This document shows, in pieces, positions 27,484 through 39,810 of a stretch of 64,000 nucleotides of DNA (positions are counted from its first letter, which is position 1; the number at the start of each line of letters is the position of its first letter). The stretch is from Mobula hypostoma (Eukaryota). The notes under the pieces were generated by a model that was given only the letters and a program-made list of their open reading frames with translations, ran no database searches and was not told where the DNA came from. Where the stretch lies: positions 227,542,001-227,606,000 of the forward strand of contig NC_086097.1 in the NCBI RefSeq assembly GCF_963921235.1. The letters run 5' to 3'. The translations under genes and the position numbers were made by a program.

Positions 27484-28927
27484 ACCATAATCATATAACT
27501 ATATAACAATTACAGCACAGAAACAGGCCATCTCAGTCCTTCTAGTCCGTGCTGAACTCTTACTCTCACCTAGTCTTGCCGACCTGCACTCGGCTCATAA
27601 CCCTCCATTCCTTTCCTGTCCATATAGCTGTCCAATTTAACTTTAAATGACAATATCGAACTTGCCTCAACCACTTCTGCTGGAAGCTCGTTCCACACAG
27701 CTACCACTCTCTGAGGAAAGAAGTTCCCCCTCATGTTACCCCTAAACTTTTGCCCTTTAACTCTCAACTCATGTCCTCTTATTTGAATCTCCCCTACTCT
27801 CAATGGAAAAGCCTATCCGCGTTAACTCCATCTATCCCTCTCATAATTTTAAATACCTCTATCAAATCCCCCCCTTCCAAAGAATAAAGACCCAACTTGT
27901 TCAACCTTTCTCTCTAACTTCGGTGATGAAACCCAGGTAACATTCTTGTAAATCTTCTCTGTACTCTCTCTATTTTGTTCACATCTTTCCTATAATTCGG
28001 TGACCAAAACTGTACACAATACTCCAACTTTGGCCTCACCAAAGCCTTGTACAATTTCAACATTACATCCCAACTCTTATACTCAATGCTCTGATTTAGA
28101 AAGGCCAGCATACCAAAAGCTTTCTTCACCACCCTATCCACATGAGATTCCACTTTCAGGAAACTATGCACTATTATTCCTAGATCCCTCTGTTCTACTG
28201 CATTCTTCAATGCCCTACCATTTACCATGAATGTCCTCTTTTGATTAGTCCTACCAAAATGTAACACCTCACATTTATCAGCATTAAACTCCATCTGCCA
28301 TCTTTCAGCCCACTCTTCTAACCGGCCTAAATCTCTCTGCAAGCTTTGAAAACCTACTTTATTATCCACAATTCCACCTATCTTAGTATCATCTGCATAC
28401 TTACTCACCCAATTTACCACCCCACCATCCAGATCATCAATGTATATGACAAAATAACAGTGGACCCAGTACAGATCCCTGAGGCACACCACTAGTCACC
28501 GACCTCCAATCTGACAAACAGTTAACCACCACCACTCTCTAGCGTCTCCCATCCAGCCATTGCTGAATCCATTTTACTACTTCAATATTAATATCTAACG
28601 ATTGAACCTTCCTAACCAACCTTCCGTGTGGGACCTTGTCAAAGGCCTTACTGAAGTCCATATAGACAACATCCACCACTTTACCCTCGTCAACTTTCCT
28701 TGTAACCTCTTCAAAAAATTCAATAAGATTGTCAAACATGACCTTCCACACACAAATCCATGTTGACTGTTCCTAATCAGACCCTGTCTATCCAGATAAT
28801 TATATATACCATCCCTAAGAATACTTCCCATCAATTTACTGACCACTGACGTCAAATTCACAGGCTGATAATTGCTAGGTTTACTCTTAGAACCCTTTTT
28901 AAATAATGGAACAACATGAGCAATACA
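27484..28927 (-). mobile_element. Young 5'-truncated CR1 (third family)
   Basis: VYMDFSKAFDKVPH, SKYADDTKIGG, ERVQRRFTRMLPG; (gttatatg)n-like tail at 27484-27510. Confidence 0.93.
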
Positions 28928-29039
28928 CTCATTTCTTTTGGGTTCTTTTGGGTTTCTTTGTTTCGTGGCTGCCTATTAGGAGACAAATCTGAAGGTTGTA
29001 TAATGTATAAATACTTTGATAATAAATGCACTTTGAACT

Positions 29040-29420
29040 TTATTGTGGACAGAGAATGGGAAGGGTACATGGAGAGGGGAATCATGGTTAGGAAAAGGGG
29101 AAGGCAGAGCGGAGGGAGCAAGAAGCACTGAAGAGACATTCTGTAATGATCAACAAACCAATCAAAAGACCTTATGTGGGTGTCTCAGGACTTGGTGTGT
29201 CTGCATCCATGCCCCCAAACCCCTGCCGGGGCATTCCTTGTCTGGCACCTGTCCCATACCCCTCCCATAATGCTCCACACTCACTATTCCCAGCATCCTT
29301 TGTTCCCACGAGATTTAAAAACGTGCTCTCTGCTCCAAGTTGACAAATACGGTACTGTGCAAAAGTCTTGGGCACTCTAGTTATATACATACGTGCTGAA
29401 GACTTTCGCATAGTGCTGTA
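29040..29420 (+). repeat. Composite repeat ending in a Tc1-like mini-hairpin (29350-29418)
   Basis: Homologous to 13060-13450. Confidence 0.75.
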
Positions 29421-30599
29421 TAGTGAAGGGAAGAACGAAAGTATGCATTCAGTAGAAAGGCACTGAAATGTGTTACTGACTTCAGAGATTTAAAAGTTCA
29501 GATACACATTTAAAAAAAATGTAGGTACAATAGATAAATATTTATGATTTTTAATAGGATCAAAGAATTCAAGAAAAAAAGTGATTAACTTATTGAAAAT
29601 GTTAGTTAAGATAAAGACCTGTCTGTAATATTAAGCGTTGTATTTTAGAAAGGAGATTAAAACCGGGATCAATTCACAGAATAATGCCAAGGAAAGGAAA
29701 CTGTATTTGCAGGGAAAGATTTAAGTACAAAGGTAAAACCTGCAAATACTGAGGATTCACAAGATACTTTCAATGGTGCAAAGAAGACAGATGTGGAAAA
29801 AGTTTTCAAAATTCTGAAGGGATTTCCTTTAGAGTGAATTGAGAAAGAATATTGCTGATGGGGTTTCATCATTTTAAAGTTTTAATTGAGTGAGCAAGCA
29901 AAGAGGTTGAGATAAATTACAGAGAATGGCGATTGGAAAGGGAGATGTTTTGCTCCAGGTTAAAGCTGAGTCAGAGAACGTTTCATCATTTTAAAAGGAA
30001 GGGCAATAGGAATTTGAAGCAGGGAAGCATACTCAGTGGAGACATTTTCCGGCAGTGCAACTGATCCAGCAAATGGTTAGCAGAGACCTGATGGGGCAAA
30101 AGGCTTTTCATAACCCTATGCATTTGCCTGTAAGGCACTGCCTCCCATCAAACTCTATGGATGCTAAAAGTCCTGTGCATTCTCCACTTGGTACTTCTGT
30201 TTCACATTGAAGTAATATTGCATTATGCAGATGATAGAGGTCTGCAAACCTGAAAATCTCTTCAAGTTCAGCCTCATCCTTTCTTTCACAGGCTGGCCTT
30301 TTGCTCTATGCCATGTCATCCTATCATTCTAGAACATAGAGCATTGAACATACAACATAGAAAATCTACAGCACATTACAGGCCATTCGGCCCACAATGT
30401 TGTGCCGACCATGTAACATACTCCAGAAACTGCCTTGAATTTCCCTACTGCATAGCCCTCTATTTTCTAAGCAAGTCTCTTAGAAAATGCTTTTGCGTTC
30501 CTCCTATAATGCAAAAAGCCTATCACTACAAAGTGATTTTGAGTCTTTCAACACAAGACACCAAAACAGAAGTAGTTTGTGTTTTTCACCAGTTACCCT

Positions 30600-32030
30600 C
30601 CATCTGTCGGAACTGGTCCTCACACTTAACACCTTCTCCTTCGGCTCCTCTCACTTTCTCCCAACTCAAGGTGTAGCCATGGCCTCCACCTGGTTCCCAG
30701 CTTTGCCTGCCTTTTTGTTGGCTACGTGGAGTATTTCATGTTCCAAGTCTTAAATGGTAATGCTCTCCAGCTCTTTCTGAGCCGCATTGCAGACGGCATT
30801 GGTGCTGCTTCATGCATCCATGCTGAGCTTGTCAATTTTATTAACTTTGCCTCCAACTTTCACCTTGCCCTTAAAATCATTTGGTCTATTTCTGACACCT
30901 CTCTTTCTTGATGTCTCTGTCTCCATCTCTGGAGACAAACTGTTTACCAACATTGTTTATAAACCTACCGATTCCTATGGCTACCTTGACTATACCTCTT
31001 CCCACTCTGCCTCCTGTAAAAATGCCATTCCCTTTTCTCAGTTCCTCTGTCTCCACCTTAGCTGTTCCCATGATGAACCTTTCCTTTCTTACTTTTCCAA
31101 TATTTTTTATTGTGCTCACCCCATCTTCCCACCATCTTAACAGAAATAGATTTCCTCTTGTCTGCACCTATCACCCCATAAACCTCTGCATCTAAATACA
31201 TCATTCTCCACAACTTCCGCCATCTTTAATAGGACCCTACCACCAAACAGATCTTTATCCCCACTCTCCACTTTTGGCAGGGATCGCTTCCTCCGTGGTG
31301 CCATCGTCTGTTTGTCACTCCCCACTAATCTCCCTTGCAGCACTTATCCCTCCAAATGTCAGAAGTGGTAAAACAACCCATTCACCTTCTCCCTCACCTC
31401 CATTCTTGCCAGGTAAGGCAACAGTTCACCTGTGAATCTGTTGGGGTCGTTTACTGTATGCGGTGCTATTGATGCGGCCTCCTTTGCATTGGTGAGACCC
31501 GACATAGATTGGGGGACTGCCTTTGCAGTCAAATATCTTTGCTCCACTCACAAAAAGCAACCATTCCAATCCCCATTCCCATTTTGATATGTTGGTCCGT
31601 GACAGCTTCTTCTGCCATGATGAGGCCACGCTCAGGTTGGAGGAACAACAACTCTGCCATATCAAGGCATCAACATCTCCCTTCCCTCTTCTTCAATTCC
31701 CCAAGTTGGCCTCTACTCTCTTCTCCTCATCTGCCTCTCACCTCCCCCTGGTGCTCCTCTTCCTTTCCTCTCCTGTCATATTCTGTCTTCTCCTCTTCCA
31801 CCTATCATCTCCCAGCTTCTTATTTCACCCCACCTCCACCACTTGGCTTCACCTGTCATCTTCTAGCTTATTGTATTTCTCCACCCACCCCCCGCCTCTT
31901 ATTTCTGGCATGTTCTTCCTTCCTTTCTGGTCCTGATAAAGGGTCTTGGCCCAAAACATCGACTATTCATCTTTTCCATAGATGCTGCCTGACCTGCTGA
32001 ATTCCTTCAGCATTTTGTCTGTGTTACAAT
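30600..32030 (+). mobile_element. Degenerate Penelope-like retroelement (RT + GIY-YIG endonuclease + pLTR), family 1
   Basis: LNTFSFGSSHFLPTQGVAM, FLDVSV...YKPTDSYGYLDYTSSH (PLE RT/thumb), GVVYC...C.LLCIGET (GIY-YIG) near 31440-31500; pLTR with hammerhead-like motif at 31929-31964. Confidence 0.88.
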
Positions 32031-32124
32031 CGTTTCAATCTAATAATTTTAAAAAGATATGAAAGACAGACTTCTGGACTGCCTTCAAATTTCCACTGAA
32101 GTGCAAGAGCCTTTCTCCCAAAGA

Positions 32125-32365
32125 GGGGAGTTTTGATAGAGCTGTACAAAATTATGATGGGAGTAGATAGGGTAAATGCAAGCAAGCCCTTTCCACTGAG
32201 GTCGGATGAGGCTAGAACTAGACGTCATGGGTTAAGGATCAAAGGCAGAATGTTGTATGGAGAGCTGGTACAGGTGGATGGGGCTAGGCAGATTAATGGT
32301 TCAGCATGGATTAGATGGGCTGAAGGGCCTGTTTCCGTGCTGTGGTGTCCTATGACTCTGTATAA
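32125..32365 (+). mobile_element. CR1 3' fragment with internal deletion
   Basis: LIELYKIMMGVDRV...TRRHGLRIKG and CR1 3' UTR stem (gggctgaagggcct). Confidence 0.75.
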
Positions 32366-34195
32366 CTATACAGGCTGTAAGTTTCAATATTAAACGCTCC
32401 CTGGCAATTTTAAGCCAATGAGTAGATCTTCGGATTTATGTATGCAAGCTCAGATATGCTATTTTTATGAGTGGACTTGTACCTTCCACAAATCACCAGT
32501 TTGGAGCATGAGACAGCAGCACTGGGTATCCTGTAGATCTGACCACCCCTTCCGTGTGGATAATGTAGGTTTTTGGGATGAGAGGATCATAAACTGAAAT
32601 CAGTAATCCTTGTCAGAATAGTTTTATTAAAAGGGCCACCTTTTTATTTAAATGCCATAACCTCAGAAAAAAGTCACTTGAGTAAACTCTTCGTTAATTA
32701 ATTTTCAGATTATTTGGTGAGTATTAGTCATTTCACACTATTTACTATAGAACTTTCTTTGAACAATTAGTCCAGACTGAGGCTATTCCTCAGAGAAAAG
32801 AGTTTACTTTGATCTTGCCTATTTGAATAGATAAAGAGGAGTTTTACCAAATTAATTGAATACTGACTGCACCTACAGAGCTGACATTAAAATAATCGCA
32901 ATGACAACTAAGTGAACTGGAATATGCTTACTTGTAATTTTAACCCTTTAGGTAAACACGGCTGTACTCCAACATTAAATAGATGTTGAGTTACTGCCTA
33001 GGCATCAGTGCTTACTGCAAGATGTATCATTTTCCTTCGAAAAGCCCATTAATTTTGAAATTGCTGAAGAGAAAGGCATGGATGCAAACATTGCTTTGTT
33101 GATAAAATAGGAAGAGATTTCTTTGAAGCATCCAGCTGAGGAGACAGCAAGGATCAGTACATGAATAAGATAATATAGACCAAATAAAACAAACAAATTT
33201 ATCTTTCTCTTGGTGTAGTAGGTAGGAAAAATCTATTACAATGCAGCACAAATGAAGGTTCTGCATATCACTGCAACATTAAATCACAGTACAAATGGAA
33301 TACTTAATGGCATTTTGATGTTCTCTGGTTAACTCTTTCATTAAGAAAATAGGTTATATATTTTCACCATTTCTCAATAGAACATAAAATGAAGAATTTG
33401 TTAACATTTTTATTACTATGTAATTATGAGGTGATTTGAACTTCCATTCTTTCAATGAATCTTATTATTTTTCTGCTTCTAAAATTACTGTAGAGAATGA
33501 TCAAAGCATACAATGCAATCCAAGCATATTTCTTCAGAAGCAGAAGATGGTGGGTTCATTCCAATAAATAGTGCATGTGGAAAGGTTTCATCTCTAAAAC
33601 TCTATGCTATGTAATTTTCAGATTAGAAGCTAGCCTTTGCTTTCACTGAAAGTATTGCATCTGGAAAAATATGTTTGCAGAAAGTCACTTACTAATTAAA
33701 TGTGTTTTGCAAATTATGAACAACATAATTATTCTTGTAATCATTATACAGTTGAGATTAATTCTTAATTCTCCAGTGTTTTCTTCTCATTGTCTGCAAA
33801 ATCAAGACTAATTTTAATGAATGAACCTTCTGGGACTGCCTACATAAATACCACCTCTTATCTTTGCATCCAGAACTATATTAAAACAAACACCATTTAT
33901 TCATATTTTGGGGTTATTGTGTTGATATAAAATAAAAATCAACATATGAATATGTAATTATATTTCCCATCACATTCACTGTTACAAGACATTTTTATCT
34001 TGGACTCTACCAGAATTGATGATATACCCTTTTAAAATTTAAAGGTTGCAAATCCTATGCATTTGATCAGTAAATTAATAAATATATTGGCCTAAGTACA
34101 AAAATTCCTTAAAGCTAAATGTTTATTTTTATTTAACTTAGGAACAGGAGCACTGGGTTTCTGATGAATTTGCTGTACCAGTTCTCATTTCCAGT

Positions 34196-34765
34196 ACTAT
34201 AGACCATAAGACGTAGGAGTAGAATTAGGTCATTCGGCCTATCAAGTCTGCTCCGCCATTCCATCATGATATCTCTCAACCTCATTCTCCTGCCTTCGCC
34301 CTATAACCTTTGATGTCCTTACTAATCAAGAACCTATCAAACTCTACTTTATTTTTTTTTATTTTATTTTTATTTGGATAAGGAGTTCACAATTATCATG
34401 TACTTTTTTCACACATATAACCTTTAAGTACTTTAAATACAGCCAATAACTTGGCCTCCACAGCTGTACGTGGCAATGAATCCCACAGATTCACTACCCT
34501 CTGGCGAAAGAAATTCCAACCCATCTCTATTCTAAAGACTCTTCTTTGTATTTTGAAGCTCCACCCTCTGGTTCTAAATTAACCACTATAGGATTGATCT
34601 TCTCCATGCCTACTCTATCTAGGCCTTTCAATATTCGATGGGATCAATGAGATGTCCACTCATTTTTATAACCCCTGTAAGTACAGGCCCAAATCCATAA
34701 AATGCTCCTCATGCATTAACCTATCCATTCCTGGGATCATTCTTGTGAACCTCCTCTGGACCCTG
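34196..34765 (-). mobile_element. CR1 3' fragment containing a short poly(A)-tailed insertion (34352-34428)
   Basis: Reverse complement of the CR1 3' end with (tcttatgg)n-type tail. Insert flanked by TACTTTA at 34345-34351 and 34429-34435. Confidence 0.8.
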
Positions 34766-35559
34766 GAAAACTAGTGAATATAATCCCAATGTCCAGTTTA
34801 TCTATATCTACTGTCATGGTTGTCTTAAGAGCTGAATATCCGGAGGCCATGAGGTTAGATACCACATTAGATACAAAATAATTTGAATTCATCTGAAAGG
34901 AAGGTCAGCAATTCAAAGTTGGTGTCGGCAAAGAAATTTGTACACAAACACAAAAATACCTGCAGATGTCTGAAACTCAGAACAAAACCAGAAAATGCAT
35001 CAAAGGGATGATAGGTCAGGCATCATCTTCAGACACAGAAAAGAGTTAATGCTTCAGTTAATGATTCTTCATCATGTGTACTTTGCAGGAAAGCATTCTG
35101 GGCCTCCTTTACTGGTCTTGTCCATATGCTATCAAATTCACTCAGCATAATGATTGCACTTCAGTCTTCAAATACGTCATTTCCATACAACGTTATGAAA
35201 GCACTTCTCCACACAACAGTTAAAAGCACATCACCTCAGTCTCGGTGAAACTAAGAATGGTCAAATAAGTTCCTGTTTGGCTATCATTACCACATCCTGA
35301 AAATGAGTGAACTTTGCTGGCTGAGTTGTAGATTATAATGATGAGTGTCAAGCATCAGCTAGAGCACATGGAATAGACCAAATCTTGTTATCATCCAGTT
35401 CGCCTTAGCAGATGCACTAATATTTCATCGCTGATGAACATGCACAATGGGGTAACTACAAGGCTAATATGATTGCCTTGGTTGTTCTACTTGGTGGAAT
35501 GGGCTACAAACAGCGATGTGACCTCATTATTTTGTTTGTCAGTCTTTGTGTACGTAGAG

Positions 35560-36372
35560 GCAACACACTCAAAATGCTGGAGGAACTCAGCAAGTCAGGC
35601 CACATCTATGGAAATGAATAAACTGTCAACATTTTAAGCATCCTGAAGAAGGATCTCAACCGAAACACTTGGCTGTTCATTAATTTCCATAGATGCTGCC
35701 TAACTTGCTGAGTTTCTCCAGCATTTAGTAGTCATAGTCATAGTCATACTTTATTGATCCTGGGGGAAATTGGTTTTCGTTACAGTTGCACCATAAATAA
35801 TAAATAGTAATAGAACCATAAATAGTTAAATAGTAATATGTAAATTATGCCAGTAAATTATGAAATAAATCCAGGACCAGCCTATCAACTCAGGGTGTCG
35901 GACCCTCCAAGGGAGGAGTTGTAAAGTTTGATGGCCACAGGCAGGAATGACTTTCTATGACGCTCTGTGCTGCATTTCGGAGGAATAAGTCTCTAGCTGA
36001 ATGTACTCCTGTGCCCACCCAGTACATTATGTAGAGGATGGGAGACATTGACCAAGATGGCATGCAACTTGGACAGCATCCTCTTTTCAGACACCACCGT
36101 GAGAGAGTCCAGTTCCATCCCCACAACATCACTGGCCTTACGAATGGTTTGTTGATTCTGTTGGTGTCTGCTACCCTCAGCCTGCTGCCCCAGCACACAA
36201 CAGCAAACATGATAGCACTGGCCACCACAGACTCGTAGAACATCCTCAGCATCATCCGGCAGATGTTAAAGGACCTCAGTCTCCTCAGGAAATAGAGACG
36301 GCTCTGCCTCTGACCCACTCATTTTGTGTGTGTTGCTCTGATTTCCCGCTTCTGCAGAATATCTTGTATTTG
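35560..36372. mobile_element. Penelope pLTR palindrome split by a Rex1-type insertion
   Basis: Left arm gcaacacactcaaaatgctggagg...; right arm ...ctccagcattt | cattttgtgtgtgttgc...ctgcagaa. Confidence 0.8.
35727..36319 (-). mobile_element. Rex1/Babar-type LINE 3' fragment (second family)
   Basis: QSRLYFLRRLRSFNICRMMLRMFYESVVASAI; AATAAA plus (gactat)n tail; TSD CATTT (35722-35726, 36320-36324). Confidence 0.88.
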
Positions 36373-36519
36373 TGTTTACATAGAGTGCTTTTTTTTTGTA
36401 ATTTCTATTGCATTTCTTTATTGTTTTCTAAGTGCCTGCAAGAAATTGAATTCCAAGGCAGTATATAAATGTCTTTTAAAAAAAAAAGCTTCTCAAGGTA
36501 TGGTGACAGATAAATACAT

Positions 36520-36745
36520 TAGCATTGCAGTTAGTGTGCCGCTATCACGGCACCAGTGAAACAAGTTCAATTCCCGCCGCTGTCTATAGGGAGTGTGTAC
36601 GTTCTCCCTGTGGCCGCATGGTTTCCACCCACATTCCACAGACGTATGGGGTTAGTACCTAAATTGGACACGAAGGTGCAATTGGACAGTGCAGTCACGT
36701 GCGGCTGTGAGGGCCTGTTACTGTGCTATAATGCAAAATAAAGAA
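36520..36745 (+). mobile_element. V-SINE, decayed
   Basis: gttcaattcccgcc B-box, gagtgtgtacgttctccctgtgg...cccacattccacagacgta V-domain. Confidence 0.7.
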
Positions 36746-36911
36746 ATACATTTACTTTGATTTACACTGTCATTGGCATTAGGCTTCCAAGTTATATCAC
36801 TGATATTTTGAGTTTGTTTTCCTGGGAGGAAAGGAGGACGGGGAGGGACAGATGAGATGTCCAAGTTTATGAGGAGCTGATGTAGGAATGATAGTAACAG
36901 GTGTAGAGGTA

Positions 36912-39810
36912 TAGAACACTGCAGCACTGAAGAAGGCCCTTTGGCCCATTTAGTCTATGCCGAACTAATATTCTGCCTAGTTATATCGACCTTCACCCAG
37001 ACCATAGCCATCCGTACCCCTCCCATCCGTGCACTTATCTTACTTGGCTAAATGTTGAAATCAAACCTGCATCCACTGACAGCTCATTCCATACTCTCGC
37101 AGCCCTCTAAGTGAAGAAATTTTCCCTCATATTCCCCTTAAAAACTTCACCTTTCACCCTTAGCCCATGACCTCTAGTTCCAGTCTCACTTAACTTCAGT
37201 GGAAAGAGCCTCCTTGCATTTGCCTTATCTATACCCCTCATTATTTTTTATTAAATCTCCCCTCATTCTCCTATGATTTAGAGAATAAAGTGCTAACCTA
37301 TTCAGCTTTCCCTATAACTTAGATCTTCAAGTCCCATCACTTCCTTGTAAATTTTCACTGCATTTTTTCAATCTTATTGATATCTTTCCCATAGGTAAGT
37401 GACTAGAAATGCACACAATATTTCAAATTTGGCTCACTAGTGTCTTATACAGCTTAAACATAACCTCCTAACACCTGTGCTCAATACTTCGAAAGCAAGA
37501 TGGGAAAAAGGGAGCATTCTCAGAGAATATACAGCCACTTCTGCAATACCAGGGACACCAGGCACATGTGGCAGGGAATTCAGAGGATTACAGTCCACAA
37601 GTCTACCCTGTACATCAGTGACCAGGATGTTACACTCCCTGAGAGGCTGAGTGGCTTCTACACATGGTTTGAAGTGCAGAACAAAGTGCAGGTGAGGAAG
37701 GAAACCCTTCCCCCAGGGGAGCAGACACTCTGTCTGGCTGAAGCTGAGGTGAGGAAGACCCTGGCCACAGTCAACCCACACAAAGCTGCAGGGCCCGATA
37801 ATATACCAGGTCAGGTTCTGAAAGACTGTGCAGCCCAGCTGACCGAGGTGCTGACGGGTATATTCAACATCTCTCTGGACAGTCCATTGTCCCATCAGTT
37901 TTCAAGGCAGCAACCATGGTTCCTGTGCCAAAGAAGGTGACAGTAACCTGCCTAAATGACTATCATCCTGTGGCATTAATCAACCATTGTGAAATGCTTT
38001 GAGCGGCTGATCATGGAGCACATTAAAGCCTTTCTCCTGGTTACATTGGATTCTTTCCAGTTTACTGATCCCTCAAATCAATCCACTGATGATGGAGTAG
38101 CCTCTGCCCTCCACTCCGTCCTGCCCCACCTGGAAAATAGGGTCTCATATACCAGGCTGCTGTTTACAGACTTCAATTCAGCATTTAACACCACAGAAAC
38201 TGGTGGGGAAACTGTCCTCGCTGGGTCTCAACACCTCCCTCTGCAAGTGGATACTGGATTTCTTAGCAGAGAGGCCACAGTCAGTCCGTGTGGGCAGCAA
38301 TGTCTCTAGTCCCATTACGCTGAGCACTGACGCACCCCAAGACGGTGTGCTCAGCCCGCTGCAGTTCACACTGCTGATGCATGATGGTGTTGCAGGATCC
38401 AGCTCAAATTGTGCCATCAAGTTTGCGCATGGCACCATAATGGTTGGTGTCATCAACAACGATGACAAGAGAGGAGGAGGAGTGGCTGGTGGATTGGTAT
38501 GAGAAGTCTGAACATGGAGAAGAGCATGGAAATCATTGTGGACTTCAGGAAGGTGCAGATGAACTGTCCACCTCTGCGAATATGACTCCTCCATAGAGAG
38601 CATTAAGTACACCAAATTCTTGGGAGTTTACACCATGGATGACCTCATCCGGTCCCTTAACATCACGTCCCTGAAGAAGAAGGCACAGCAGTGCTTCTAC
38701 TTCCTAAGGAGATTGAGGCAAACAAGTCTCTGCCCTCCCCCCACCCCACCCCATCTTAACTGCATTTTACCGGAGCACCATCAAGAGTGTCCCGACAAGT
38801 TGCATCTTCATCTGGTATGGGAGCAGCAGAGTATCAGACCAGTGGTCCCTACAGAGGACTGTAAGAATGGAAGAGAGGATCATAGCGGTCTCCCCAGCAT
38901 CCACTGGGGACATTAATCAGGAGCACTGCATACACAGGGCCCTTAGTATTATTAAGGATCCCACCCATCCATTCAACATCCTGTTTGAGTTTCTACCATC
39001 CAGTAGGAGACTCTGATGCATAAAAACAAGAATGGTCAGGATGGGAAACAGTTTCTTCTCTCAGGCTATTAGGCTTCTGAACTCTCTGTCACATCATGTT
39101 TGAACTTTCTGCCACATCGCTGGTTAGTCCATTCTGTACCTTCCTTACAATATTTAGTTTATGCACTTTAGCTTGTTATTTATGCGTGATTCATCTGTAG
39201 ATTTTAACCTTTACCTTCATAAGTTATCGTGTATGTGTACTACTATGCTTTACACCCTGGTTCAGAGAAACAATGTTGCATTTGATGATATACATGTATA
39301 TAGTTCAATAACAATAAACTTAACTTGAATTGACTTGACTTGAAGAACTCTCATTACAACTCTATGTACCTGTGACAACACTTATAAGGCATTCCCATTC
39401 GCCAGTGCCCTAGTAAGTCCTACCGTGGTTTTCTTCCCAAAGTCCAATGCCTATCACTTGTTTGCATTAAATTACATCTATTGTTTTTAACCTGTTTTTC
39501 AAACTGGTCCAAATCTTCCCGCAAGCTTTGGTAGCCTTCTTCGCTGTCCACTAATCTCGCAATCTTGGTGTCATCCATAAATTTGCTGATCCAGTTTAGC
39601 ATATTGTTATCTGGGCCATTGATATACTATAGATGACAAACAGCACCAAACCCTGTGGCACACCACTATTCACTTGCTTCCAGTCAGTGAGGCAACCATC
39701 TACTACCACTCTTTGGCTTCACCCACAAAGCCAATGTTGAATGCAATATACTACTTCATCCTGAAAGCCAGGTGACTGAACCTTCTTGACCAAGCTTTTC
39801 CCATGAGACT
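36912..39810 (-). mobile_element. Degenerate CR1 (pieces about 36912-37490 and 39343-39810) split by a Rex1-type LINE
   Basis: CR1 3' UTR on the minus strand; WISKFMDDTKI RT motif at 39420-39602. Confidence 0.8.
37493..39342 (+). mobile_element. Degenerate Rex1/Babar-type LINE (third family)
   Basis: [42 protein letters not shown] plus (acttg)n tail. Confidence 0.88.
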
